Assembly (NCBI GenBank): GCA_046757025.1
Contig: JBHHXN010000064.1
Coordinates: 1 to 25,740, forward strand
Length of the DNA stretch: 25,740 nt
Source of the DNA: a bacterium
GTDB taxonomy: Bacteria > Zhuqueibacterota > Zhuqueibacteria > Oceanimicrobiales > Oceanimicrobiaceae
Reading direction: 5' to 3'
The translations under genes and the position numbers were made by a program. Of the stretch, positions 1 to 9,154 are shown piece by piece (position 1 is the first letter of the stretch; each line of letters opens with the position of its first letter). The notes below the pieces were generated by a model, which had not been told where the DNA came from, did no database searches, and worked only from the letters and a program-made list of their open reading frames with translations.

Positions 1-1
1 T

Positions 2-268
2 GGTTCTTCTCCCAGGTCTGGTAAAGTGTACTACATGTAGTATGCTAAGGAACTATGGTAATTAGGTCTTGATTCTTCCTCCTTCTTCTGTGTTGGCGAA
101 CAGCATGCGAAGTGAGGAACAAAATCAAGGCCGAGCGTTTCTGAGCGAGCCGAAGGGTAGCCTTTATTTTGTCCGCAACGGAGCATATCTTATAGCAACA
201 CAAGAGAAGGAGTTTCATTATGTCAAACACTATATATTGGGGTTCCCGCCAGACTTGGGAGAAGAACC
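2..268. mobile_element. MITE-like non-autonomous element with 20-bp terminal inverted repeats
   Basis: GGTTCTTCTCCCAGGTCTGG (2-21) and CCAGACTTGGGAGAAGAACC (249-268) are reverse complements at 19/20 positions. There is no transposase ORF inside. The left flank is cut by the window edge, so a target-site duplication cannot be checked. Confidence 0.65.
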
Positions 269-270
269 GT

Positions 271-384
271 TTTTTTGTACTTACGTTGAGACTATCATTT
301 CATCCGATGGGTTAGTCACAAAAACCATTTTGCTAATTGTGCGTTATTAGCTAACAGTCAACGGCTAAAAGCCAAACGCTCAAT
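271..384 (-). repeat. Dispersed ~115-bp intergenic repeat, copy 1 (inverted relative to 3603-3754)
   Basis: Its reverse complement (attgagcgtttggcttttagccgttgactgttagc...aaaatggtttttgtgac...cggatgaaatgatagtctcaacgtaag) aligns by eye with 3603-3754 at roughly 80% identity. Confidence 0.85.
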
Positions 385-717
385 ATGGATTTCAATGAAT
401 CCTACCGGTAAGCAGCGCCATTTTCAAAAAGTGCCAAGAATTCATTCCCAGCAAATCCGGGTGTTTCAATGTGATTCGAAATACAGAAATTCTTGCAATA
501 TTATAAATTTATACTATATTATAAGCGCAGAGAAAATGCGGACTAATCGGTTCAACACAACGATTTTTTTTAGCATTTTTGATCTAACCCAATTCACAAT
601 TTCAATTTTAATTCCAGAGAAATTCAACAGCAGGCAAATGGAGCCATTGAATAGGGAGGTTTAACCACAGATGAATTATTGAAAATTAAACCGAACAATC
701 GGTTTTGGAGGAAGGAA

Positions 718-2241
718 ATGCTTTTACACCATCGATTCGTTTACATCGCCAAAAAATTTAGCAAGAAACTCGCCATCATCGACCGCACCACCGAGAAACG
801 GATCAGCTATTCCAAAGCGCTGATCGCGGCTTTGATCCTGGCTAAAAAATTCCGCAAATACAAGGCCGGCTTTATCGGCATCATGATCCCGACATCCGCG
901 GGCGCCGTACTTTCTAGCCTGGCCGCGCTATTTAGCGGCCGCACACCGGTCATGATCAACTACTCCACCGGCGCTCGGGAAAACGCCGAGTTCGCGCAAA
1001 AAAAGTGCAACTTCAAAACCATCATCACGTCGAAGGCCTTTCTGGAAAAAATCCAGTGTGAACCGCTCCCCGGCATGGTTTTTCTGGAAGATTTGATGAA
1101 CCGCGTGACCACTCTGGACAAGTTGTTAGCAGCCTTAAAATCGAAACTGCCAGCCCGCTTGCTGCTCAAACTGATTCACAGCGGCGAAGAAAACGAAGAT
1201 TTGGTGATTCTGTTTACCAGCGGCAGCGAAAAAGAACCCAAAGCGGTTCAGCTTTCCCATCGCAATATCGTATCCAACATACAGGGATTCTCCGGGGCGT
1301 TCGGGCTATCCGACCGCGACTGCATGCTGGCCAACCTGCCGTATTTTCATGTTTTCGGGCTGACCACTAATTTGTGGACGCCGCTTTATCACGGCATGAC
1401 TTTGGTGACGTACGCCAACCCTCTGGACTTCAAAATTATCTCTGCCATCGTGCGCGAAGAAAAACCGACCATGATGGTGGGCACGCCCACCTTTTTCTGG
1501 GGTTATCTTTTCAAGTCAAAACCCGGAGATTTCGAAAGCATTCGCCTGGCGGTGTGCGGCGCAGACAAATGCCCGGACGCCCTGCGGGAAGGATTCCTGA
1601 AAAAACACAAAGTCACGCTTCTGGAAGGATACGGCACCACCGAAACCTCGCCGGTTATTTCGACCAACGTGCCTGAATTCAACAAACCCGGCAGCGTGGG
1701 CAAAGTGTTGCCCAATGTCAAGGTCCGAATCGAAAATTATGAGTCCGGTAAGGAATGCAAGCCAGGCGAAGTGGGTAAAATTCTGGTGAAGGGCGACCTG
1801 GTCATGAAAGGGTATTTCGACGATCTGGAAGAAACCTCCCTGCGATTCCGTTCCGGGTGGTATGACACCGGCGACATGGGCTACCTGGACGAGGACGGTT
1901 TTCTATGGCATGCCGGCCGTTTAAAGCGGTTTGTGAAAATCGGCGGCGAAATGGTTTCGCTGGTAAAAGTGGAAGACGTCCTGGGCAGGCTTTTACCGGA
2001 AAACGCTTCGTGTTGCGTTGTGGAAATTCCAGAAGCTCTGAAAGGCGCCAAAATTGTGGCGGCGGTAACCAGGAAAATTCCTGAAAAAGAAATTCTCAAT
2101 AAAATGTCCGAAAAATTGCCGAACATTGCGCTCCCCAAAAAATTTGTTGTGATGGAGGAACTGCCTAAAATGGGCAGCGGCAAAATAGATTTCCGAACCA
2201 CTACGGAAATAGTGCGAAAAGTCACAGCCAACGGCAAATGA
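718..2241 (+). CDS. AMP-binding acyl-ACP/acyl-CoA synthetase (stand-alone Aas C-terminal-like adenylation domain)
   Basis: ANL motifs FTSGSEKEPK, EGYGTTE, GWYDTGD, GRLKRF..IGGE and LPKMGSGK. ATG at 718 follows GGAGGAAGGA (the ORF track starts at TTG 679). Confidence 0.9.
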   Translation: MLLHHRFVYIAKKFSKKLAIIDRTTEKRISYSKALIAALILAKKFRKYKAGFIGIMIPTSAGAVLSSLAALFSGRTPVMINYSTGARENAEFAQKKCNFKTIITSKAFLEKIQCEPLPGMVFLEDLMNRVTTLDKLLAALKSKLPARLLLKLIHSGEENEDLVILFTSGSEKEPKAVQLSHRNIVSNIQGFSGAFGLSDRDCMLANLPYFHVFGLTTNLWTPLYHGMTLVTYANPLDFKIISAIVREEKPTMMVGTPTFFWGYLFKSKPGDFESIRLAVCGADKCPDALREGFLKKHKVTLLEGYGTTETSPVISTNVPEFNKPGSVGKVLPNVKVRIENYESGKECKPGEVGKILVKGDLVMKGYFDDLEETSLRFRSGWYDTGDMGYLDEDGFLWHAGRLKRFVKIGGEMVSLVKVEDVLGRLLPENASCCVVEIPEALKGAKIVAAVTRKIPEKEILNKMSEKLPNIALPKKFVVMEELPKMGSGKIDFRTTTEIVRKVTANGK

Positions 2242-2349
2242 AGTGATACAATTGTTGATTTGCATAGCATTCCAAATGCGCAAGCGAAAATTACGCATTC
2301 GTCTGTTACTGCTTCTGTTTGCAGGGACATTGAATTGCCCTGATTCAAC

Positions 2350-3420
2350 ATGCCGTCGCTGAAAGTCGGAATTGTGGGCTGCGGCCGAATCTCTCATCTG
2401 CACTTTCTGGGATATCGCGACAACAGGAAAGCCGTGGTAACCGCCGTGTGCGACCGCAACCGAAATCGCGCCCGGCAAAGAGCGAAATCCTGGCACGTCG
2501 AAAAAGTCTTCACCGATTATCAGCGTTTTTTGGAGGATCCGGAGACCGAGCTAATCGAGTTGCTGGTACCGCACGATTTGCACGCTCCTATGACCATCGC
2601 GGCCTGCCAGGCTGGCAAACACGTTTCCGTACAAAAGCCCATGGCGCTGACAGTGGCGGAAGCGGAACAAATGATACAAGCCGCCGCTGAGAACCGGGTG
2701 ATTTTAAGGATTTTTGAGAATTTTGTTTTTTACCCGCCGTTTGTCAAAGCCCGGCAAATGCTGCAAGCTGGAGAAATTGGCGAGCCCAGAATGTTACGCG
2801 TTCACATGAACACCGGCACGCAAAAGACTGGCTGGGATGTCCCACTCAGCGCCTGGTACTGGCGATTTAATGAAAAACGAGCCGGTGGCGGCCCCATTGT
2901 ATTCGACCACGGCTACCACCTGTTCTCTTTGGCCTACCATCTCCTGGGCAAAGTCAAACGGGTTTCCGCCTGGATCGACCGCTCGCCCATCATCCCCACC
3001 AAAACGGTGGACGCCCCCGCCACAGTGATGATGCAATTCAAAAAAGCCCGCTGCTACGGGGTCATGGATTTTGTGCACACACCTCAAATGCAGATCGATT
3101 CCGATTACTACGCTGATGACAACCGCGTGGAAATTATCGGCGACAAAGGGGTTTTGATGATCAACCGCTTTACCGCCCGCGCGCTTGATCTGCCGCCGCT
3201 ACTGATGTTTCGTAATGGCAAAACCACTCACATCGCGGTGGACAGGATGAGCTGGGAGCACAGTTTCATCGATGCGACTCGGCATCTGGTGCGGGTGATA
3301 AAAAACGGCGGCCAGCCTGAATTGGACGGCGAAACCGGCAAATACGTGCTGCAGTTCACCCTGGCAGCCTTGCAATCCGCGCAGACGGGTAAGGCCATCT
3401 GTCCTGAGGAGGTACTTTAG
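2350..3420 (+). CDS. Gfo/Idh/MocA family NAD(P)-dependent oxidoreductase
   Basis: VGIVGCGRIS Rossmann motif, AGKHVSVQKP (variant of the EKP motif), GGG..FDHGYH. Confidence 0.9.
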   Translation: MPSLKVGIVGCGRISHLHFLGYRDNRKAVVTAVCDRNRNRARQRAKSWHVEKVFTDYQRFLEDPETELIELLVPHDLHAPMTIAACQAGKHVSVQKPMALTVAEAEQMIQAAAENRVILRIFENFVFYPPFVKARQMLQAGEIGEPRMLRVHMNTGTQKTGWDVPLSAWYWRFNEKRAGGGPIVFDHGYHLFSLAYHLLGKVKRVSAWIDRSPIIPTKTVDAPATVMMQFKKARCYGVMDFVHTPQMQIDSDYYADDNRVEIIGDKGVLMINRFTARALDLPPLLMFRNGKTTHIAVDRMSWEHSFIDATRHLVRVIKNGGQPELDGETGKYVLQFTLAALQSAQTGKAICPEEVL

Positions 3421-3500
3421 GCGTCATTTCATCCTATTGCTGACCATACTTTACATCGTTTCCTTCCACTACAAAAATCATTTATTAGAACATTCTTATG

Positions 3501-3528
3501 TTGACTGACACGGGAATTTTGTTATATT
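3501..3528 (+). promoter_or_regulatory. Putative sigma70 promoter upstream of the aminotransferase
   Basis: TTGACT-N16-TATATT with an extended TG before the -10. Confidence 0.4.
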
Positions 3529-3602
3529 TCGAAATATACCTAATGCGGTGGAGCTGGAACCTAAAAGGCAAAATGATTAAGGGCAAAATAATTTTAACTT
3601 AA

Positions 3603-3754
3603 ATTGAGCGATTCGCTATTAGCCGTTGGCTGTTAGCAAAAAAAACACCATTAGCTAAAATGGTTTTTGTAACGCACCTGTCTGCCGTGCCGGCACAGGC
3701 AGACGCAGACAAGCCTACCGGATAAAATGAAAGTTTCAACGTAAGATGCAAAAA
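3603..3754 (+). repeat. Dispersed intergenic repeat, copy 2, carrying a ~40-bp GC-rich palindromic insertion
   Basis: Matches the reverse complement of 271-384 on both sides of an extra segment (~3674-3712) that contains GTCTGCC-GTGCCGGCAC-A-GGCAGAC. Confidence 0.85.
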
Positions 3755-3835
3755 GGAAGAAGATAGGAAAATCTACCAACTTTTAAATTTGCATTTCGAA
3801 TTTTGATTTGATTGTCCCTACTTGAAAGGAACCGC

Positions 3836-4966
3836 ATGCAGCAAATCAATTTCTTAAGAGGCACACCGGCCGACGAAGCCCTGATACCGGTATCGGAATT
3901 TTTCACGCATGAATTTCCAAAGGTGTTTCAAAAATACGGCGACCGCATTCTGCAATATCAATCGCCGGGTTTGACCGATTTTCTGGGCTTCCATCCCCTG
4001 AAAGAAATTCTGGCCGAACGATTTGGCCCTACCGGTGACCCGCAGAAGCGCATCCTGTGTACCAACGGCGGCATGGAGACCTTCTCTCTGCTGATGAAAT
4101 CCCTGCCGTCCAAAAGCCAAATTGCCACCGACGCACTGACTTACGACCGCGTGCTGGCCGATATGAAGCATCTCGGACATCTGGCTGTGGGTGTGCCTTT
4201 CTGTGAAGAAGGAACGGATGTGCAGGCATTGCAGAAAACGCTGGCGCAAGGCGATATCCAATTATTTTATCAGGTGGCTTATCATCACAATCCGTTGGGC
4301 ATCACCACATCGCTTGACAATTTATCCGCGGTTTCGGAGATATGTGCCCAAAACCACGTCCTGCATGTCATGGATATCGCGTATTATGAATTACGCTATG
4401 ATGGTTCAGCCAATCAACTACTCGATCTGGCAAAATATCCTGAGACCACTGCCATTTTAGGTTCCTTCACAAAAACCCTTTCTCCGGGGGCAAAATGCGG
4501 TTTTGGAATTTTTCCGGAAAAAGTGATCAAGCGGCTGACACCGGTTGTGGCCAACTCCCGACTCAATCCCAATTATCCCACACAAGCCGCAATCCACAAT
4601 TTGATCAAATCGGGATTGTACGATGAGCACTTGCGCTTTCTGATCGATTTGTATAAGCCGCGCATGGAAAGCATGAACGCCGCCCTTCAGCAGCACCTTC
4701 CAGAGATAAACGCACCCGAACTGACCGGCGGTTTCTTTGTGGGAATCTGGCTGCCGGAGATCAGCGATGCAGCTCAATTCATTCAAACGGTAAAATCCAA
4801 ATGTGTTATCATTTCCCAGAACAACGTATTTGCACCGGGCTGGAAAGAATACTATCGGAACAAAGGTCGGGGAGCCTTTTTCAGACTGACATTTCCGGCA
4901 AACTCTCCGCAAGAAAACGAACTGGGAATCGCGATCATTGCCGAAACCTACCAGCAGCTAAAATAG
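3836..4966 (+). CDS. PLP-dependent aminotransferase class I/II (MocR-like/LysN-like subgroup, no HTH)
   Basis: INFLRGTP, HHNPLG, DIAY, SFTKTLSPG (PLP lysine), GGFF and FFRLTF. ATG at 3836 follows GAAAGGA. Confidence 0.85.
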   Translation: MQQINFLRGTPADEALIPVSEFFTHEFPKVFQKYGDRILQYQSPGLTDFLGFHPLKEILAERFGPTGDPQKRILCTNGGMETFSLLMKSLPSKSQIATDALTYDRVLADMKHLGHLAVGVPFCEEGTDVQALQKTLAQGDIQLFYQVAYHHNPLGITTSLDNLSAVSEICAQNHVLHVMDIAYYELRYDGSANQLLDLAKYPETTAILGSFTKTLSPGAKCGFGIFPEKVIKRLTPVVANSRLNPNYPTQAAIHNLIKSGLYDEHLRFLIDLYKPRMESMNAALQQHLPEINAPELTGGFFVGIWLPEISDAAQFIQTVKSKCVIISQNNVFAPGWKEYYRNKGRGAFFRLTFPANSPQENELGIAIIAETYQQLK

Positions 4967-5154
4967 TCCGAGGCAGAGGTTTTGGGTTGTCAAAACCCGC
5001 ATAACTATGTGTGAGGAACCACAACTGATTAGAAATCAACCCCAAATTCAATGCATTTTACTTGAATTAATCGACCGCAAAAAGTAAATTTTTGCATTTA
5101 AAAAATCAACAGCGATGGTTGAGCAGGGCGCTCTGTCCATGAACCGTTCTTAAA

Positions 5155-5338
5155 TTGTGTCTGAACGAAAACAACCCTATCTTCCCGAAGGCCTCCTGGC
5201 CGAGGGTGAATTCCTGCCTGGCTCGGCGGGGTCTGTCCTGAACTTAGTCGAAAGGCCTGTCCTGAGCTTAGTCGAAGGAACGCCTTCACGAAGAAGTTTA
5301 GAAATCGCGCAATTCTCGAGTTTTCGTTCAATCACTAA
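5155..5338. mobile_element. MITE-like element family B, copy 1 (two internal REP-like units)
   Basis: Ends TTGTGTCTGAACGAAAAC ... GTTTTCGTTCAATCACTAA with a perfect 11-bp TGAACGAAAAC core. Homologous along its length to 11986-12145. Tandem CTGTCCTGA(A/G)CTTAGTCGAA(A)GG units at 5233-5255 and 5257-5278. Confidence 0.75.
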
Positions 5339-5357
5339 ATAAATATTGAAGGAAGTC

Positions 5358-6242
5358 ATGTTTAAAATCGGGATTGATTTGGGCGGCACTAAAATCGAAG
5401 GCGCGGTGCTGGATTCAAAAAATAAACAGCTCATTCGCAGGCGTATCCCCACTGAACAAGAAGGCGGTTACGAGCATATTGTGGACAACCTCATCAAACT
5501 GTACCACCATCTGTTACAGCAAATTAACGGCGCGGAGCATACCGTTGGCATCGGAACGCCGGGGGCCCTTTCTTCGCGAACCGGCCTGCTGAAAAACTCC
5601 AACACGTTGTGTTTGAACGAGCGGCCGCTCAAAGCCGACCTCGAGCAGCGATTGCAGCGCCCCATCGCCATGCAGAATGACGCCAACTGTTTCACTATGG
5701 CCGAAGCCATCGAAGGCGCGGGGAGGGGGCAGGCCCTGGTCTTCGGAGTCATCATGGGTACTGGCTGTGGCGGCGGAATCGTCCACAATGGTCAGTTGAT
5801 CACCGGGCTGCAAGCCATCGCCGGTGAGTGGGGACACGCCTCCATCGACCCGCAGGGGCCGAAGTGCTGGTGCGGTGCACACGGCTGCATCGAAACTTTC
5901 ATCAGCGGCGGCGGCCTGGAACGCCTTTATGAAAAGAAGTACGGCAAAAAGAAAACGCTCACAGATGTGGTGACTTCCTTTCGACAGAAAGAAGAACCGG
6001 CGGTGCAATTTATGCAAACTTTCTTTGCCAATTTCGGCCGAGCCATGGCCAATTTGATCAACATTTTGGACCCCGATATCGTGGTACTGGGGGGCGGGCT
6101 TTCCAATATCGATGAATTGTACACCGAAGGCGTCGAAGAAGTCCAAAAACGCATTTTCAGCGACGATTTCCAAACCCCCATTGTGAAGAACCAATTAGGC
6201 GACTCGGCCGGTGTAATCGGCGCAGCGTTGATCAGTCGTTGA
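5358..6242 (+). CDS. ROK family sugar kinase (Mak/fructokinase-like)
   Basis: IGIDLGGTK, NDANC, GTGCGGG, GEWGH and Zn motif CWCGAHGCIE. No N-terminal HTH. ATG at 5358 follows GAAGGAAG. Confidence 0.92.
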   Translation: MFKIGIDLGGTKIEGAVLDSKNKQLIRRRIPTEQEGGYEHIVDNLIKLYHHLLQQINGAEHTVGIGTPGALSSRTGLLKNSNTLCLNERPLKADLEQRLQRPIAMQNDANCFTMAEAIEGAGRGQALVFGVIMGTGCGGGIVHNGQLITGLQAIAGEWGHASIDPQGPKCWCGAHGCIETFISGGGLERLYEKKYGKKKTLTDVVTSFRQKEEPAVQFMQTFFANFGRAMANLINILDPDIVVLGGGLSNIDELYTEGVEEVQKRIFSDDFQTPIVKNQLGDSAGVIGAALISR

Positions 6243-6622
6243 CGGATTTGAATTTCAACGCCGGCTTTAATGAAGCTGTGTACCTCAAAAAACGGCCGCA
6301 TCCCGTAGAAAAGCGATGCTCAAGCTGTCCAACTTTTCGAATTGCTCACGAAATTAGACGAAATCTTCGCTGGGAAAAAAGCCCTCCGCCTTCAAACCAC
6401 AGGATGAAAGGATTCGATTTTTGAGGCTGCCGACTTTTTCTCCAATCTCACACAAAAATCTCCCCTTTTCCATTGCATTTGAATGGAACTTTTCTAAATT
6501 CTAATCGAAAATATTTTAGATGTATGAATAACTAAACTGGAAATCATTGTAAAATCATTTACAAGCCTCCATCAATCACAAGCGCAATGAACAATATGAA
6601 TAATTAGTTGAAAAAGAGCCCT

Positions 6623-6699
6623 TCCCGAATTGTTTCGGGACTCAGGCTGCAGCGTATTTTTTCATGGTGAGTCCCGAAATAAATTCGGGAAACCATGAA
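6623..6699. repeat. Two REP-like palindromes (TCCCGAA-N-TTCGGGA)
   Basis: TCCCGAATTGTTTCGGGA (6623-6640) and TTCATGGT-GAG-TCCCGAAATAAATTCGGGA-A-ACCATGAA (6661-6699). Confidence 0.7.
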
Positions 6700-6883
6700 T
6701 ACTCTCTAATAATCCATCAAAACAGATTTTCAACTGGTCATTCGTACTAATGATAAAAAAGTAAGAGGCAACCTCTGAGAAATCCAGAACAAAGAATCTA
6801 TGGGGGGGATCAAAATTGATTATTGATCAAGGCACGATATTCACGAATGGTTTATTTTTCAATATAAAGATGGAGAAATCACG

Positions 6884-7903
6884 GTGACCGCTTCGAATTC
6901 CAACGAAAACAACACTATTAAAAAAAGAGCCTGGCTTGTGGGTATTATCTTAATCCTCTGGATTGTTTTTATGTTTGGTCTCAGTATTTACTGGGGACTG
7001 GAGCCGGACATGTTTGATGTTCAACAAATTGCTCAGCAAAAAGCCAGTGAAAATCAGGATGAAATGGTGACAGGATACGTCACGACCAGTGCGCTGATTC
7101 AAGTAGCCAGCACCCTGCTCGACAAACCCGGTGGTTACCTGAGCAACGACGTCGTTCCGCCGAGCCTTTTTATGGACAATATTCCGAGCTGGGAATTTGG
7201 CGTGCTGGTGCAAGTCAGAGATTTTACCAAAGCCCTGAGAAACGACATCAGCCGGGCGCAAACCCAATCCCAGGAAAATATCGATTTAGCTAAAGCCGAG
7301 CCACAATTCAACGTCAACAGCAATTCCTGGATCTTCCCGTCGGCAGAAAGGGAATACCGTCGCGGTATTCAGGCACTGGAAAGATATCTCGACGGGCTGT
7401 CCGATCGCGATAACCCCTCCACGCAGTTTTATTCGCGCGCCGACAATTTGCGCGACTGGTTAAAGATCGTCGCCATCCGCCTGGGAAGTCTGTCACAACG
7501 TCTAAGCGCCAGCGTGGGGCAACGGCGCATCAACACCGACCTGGCGGGCGATGCCGAAGCGCAGCAATCCACGGCAAAATCCCGCGAAGAAAACATCAAA
7601 ACGCCCTGGCTGCAAATCGACGATGTATTTTACGAAGCCCGTGGCACCTGCTGGGCTTTGATTCATCTCATGCGCGCCATTGAGATCGATTTCAAAAATG
7701 TGCTGGAAAAGAAAAACGCCGTGCGCAGTTTGCAGCAAATCGTCCGGGAACTGGAAGCCACCCAAAGAACCGTGTGGAGTCCGTACGTCTTGAACGGTTC
7801 CGATTTTGGTATTTTTGCGAACTATTCCCTGGTGATGTCATCCTATGTTGCCCGGGCCAATGCCGCCATCATCGACCTGCGCAATCTTTTGTCGGAAGGA
7901 TAA
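6884..7903 (+). CDS. DUF2333 family membrane-anchored protein
   Basis: N-terminal TM helix. Family-typical stretches LLDKPGGYLSND, DNIPSWEFGVL, SRAQTQS, FYSRADNL, LGSLSQRLSASVG and IDDVFYEARG. GTG start follows GGAG. Confidence 0.85.
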   Translation: MTASNSNENNTIKKRAWLVGIILILWIVFMFGLSIYWGLEPDMFDVQQIAQQKASENQDEMVTGYVTTSALIQVASTLLDKPGGYLSNDVVPPSLFMDNIPSWEFGVLVQVRDFTKALRNDISRAQTQSQENIDLAKAEPQFNVNSNSWIFPSAEREYRRGIQALERYLDGLSDRDNPSTQFYSRADNLRDWLKIVAIRLGSLSQRLSASVGQRRINTDLAGDAEAQQSTAKSREENIKTPWLQIDDVFYEARGTCWALIHLMRAIEIDFKNVLEKKNAVRSLQQIVRELEATQRTVWSPYVLNGSDFGIFANYSLVMSSYVARANAAIIDLRNLLSEG

Positions 7904-8008
7904 AAATTGACTCATAAAGCGCGATTCAGCAACTTTTTTGCCGGGTATCCACTCCACCATTCTACAAAAGATCCCGCTAAAATATTTTTGACATTTTTGA
8001 AAATATTC

Positions 8009-8061
8009 TTGCTTTTCTCCGATTTAATTGTTAAACTTTGCTGTAAGTGAACACTTACTTA
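8009..8061 (+). promoter_or_regulatory. Sigma70 promoter with an overlapping palindromic operator (likely TetR autoregulation)
   Basis: TTGCTT (8009-8014), N17, TAAACT (8032-8037, extended TG). Palindrome GTAAGTG-AA-CACTTAC (8043-8058) lies over the predicted +1. Confidence 0.65.
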
Positions 8062-8073
8062 TTTAACAAAAAT

Positions 8074-8640
8074 ATGGCACGTCCTCTCACAAAAAAAACC
8101 GATGTAATTGATGCGGCGCTGGCCTTGTTCATGCGCAAAGGCATCAAAGCCACCACCACCCGCGACATTGCCCTCCGTGCTGGCATTTCCGAAGGCACGA
8201 TTTACCGCCATTTTGAAAGCAAGGAAGAGCTGGCAGAAATTCTCTTCGAAGAAAATTTAGATTATTTCTGGCAATTTCTGAAAGGTTACCTGAAGAACAC
8301 CGCCACACCCGTGGACATGCTGCAGGGATTCACGGAAGGATTTTTTGAATTTTCACGTCGGGAACAAACACGCTACAGTTTTATCATAGCTGCCCATCAA
8401 ACCGAGCTTAAAAAACACTCACGCGAAAGGATGAAACCCAAACAAATGCTTTCGAAAATCTTACGCCTGGGGCAGAGTCAGGGGTTGTTCAGAAAAATGG
8501 ATATCAATTTAGCCGGCGCCATGGTGATGGGCACCATCATGCAAACCATCTTTTATTTAAAAAACGGCCGTATCGCAATCAATTATGACGAAGTCGTCCA
8601 AGAAGTCGTCAAAACCTGTTTGAAAATGGTCAGAAAATGA
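8074..8640 (+). CDS. TetR/AcrR family transcriptional regulator
   Basis: HTH signature AALALFMRKGIKATTTRDIA..AGISEGTIYRHFESKEEL. ATG at 8074 preferred over GTG at 8047, which falls inside the operator. Confidence 0.93.
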   Translation: MARPLTKKTDVIDAALALFMRKGIKATTTRDIALRAGISEGTIYRHFESKEELAEILFEENLDYFWQFLKGYLKNTATPVDMLQGFTEGFFEFSRREQTRYSFIIAAHQTELKKHSRERMKPKQMLSKILRLGQSQGLFRKMDINLAGAMVMGTIMQTIFYLKNGRIAINYDEVVQEVVKTCLKMVRK

Positions 8641-8697
8641 GAATTCGCTTTACCCCATTGATAAAAAAAAATATCGCGAAAGAAAGGAGGTGTTATC

Positions 8698-8979
8698 ATG
8701 ACTTACATCATCGCTGAACCCTGTGTGGACGTGATGGATAAAGCGTGTGTCGACGTCTGTCCGGTGGATTGCATCTACGAAATCGATGACACACAATTGT
8801 CTGAGGGCGATGAAGCGTATAAAGCCATGCTTTATATTCACCCCGAAGAATGTATCGACTGCGGGGCCTGTGAACCGGAATGTCCGGTGGAAGCCATTTT
8901 CCCCGAGGATGAAGTGCCGGAAAAATGGAGCGCCTATACGGCATACAATTATGAAGCATTTGGTCTTTCTGCTCCATAA
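8698..8979 (+). CDS. 7Fe ([3Fe-4S][4Fe-4S]) dicluster ferredoxin, FdxA-like
   Basis: [25 protein letters not shown] and [17 protein letters not shown]. Strong SD AAAGGAGGTG. Confidence 0.93.
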   Translation: MTYIIAEPCVDVMDKACVDVCPVDCIYEIDDTQLSEGDEAYKAMLYIHPEECIDCGACEPECPVEAIFPEDEVPEKWSAYTAYNYEAFGLSAP

Positions 8980-8997
8980 CCAAAAATCTGTAATAAC

Positions 8998-9043
8998 AAG
9001 CCACTCTTGTTTTATTTTACGAGAAATGAGGGTGGCTTTTTTT
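8998..9043 (+). terminator. Rho-independent terminator after the ferredoxin
   Basis: AAGCCACTC...GGGTGGCTT stem followed by a T run. Confidence 0.65.
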
Positions 9044-9154
9044 GAGCCATTTCACAAAATTTGGTTTTGCGGAAACTAACGAATCGTGATAAATTTATTT
9101 TGTTTGAAACGGTTTTGCCTGTATTAAATCTATTCAGTGGGTCAGTGAAAAATT

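Noticed and set aside
69..664. ORFs 69-350 and 395-664
   Set aside because: They run across repeat/MITE and AT-rich promoter DNA, with no recognisable domain or SD.
5233..5278. Tandem ~23-nt repeats as a possible CRISPR array
   Set aside because: Only two adjacent units, no spacers and no cas genes.
5098..5452. Short ORFs with LRLSSGQ/LSLVEG repeats (also 11943-12275)
   Set aside because: These are translations of the REP-like units inside the MITE.
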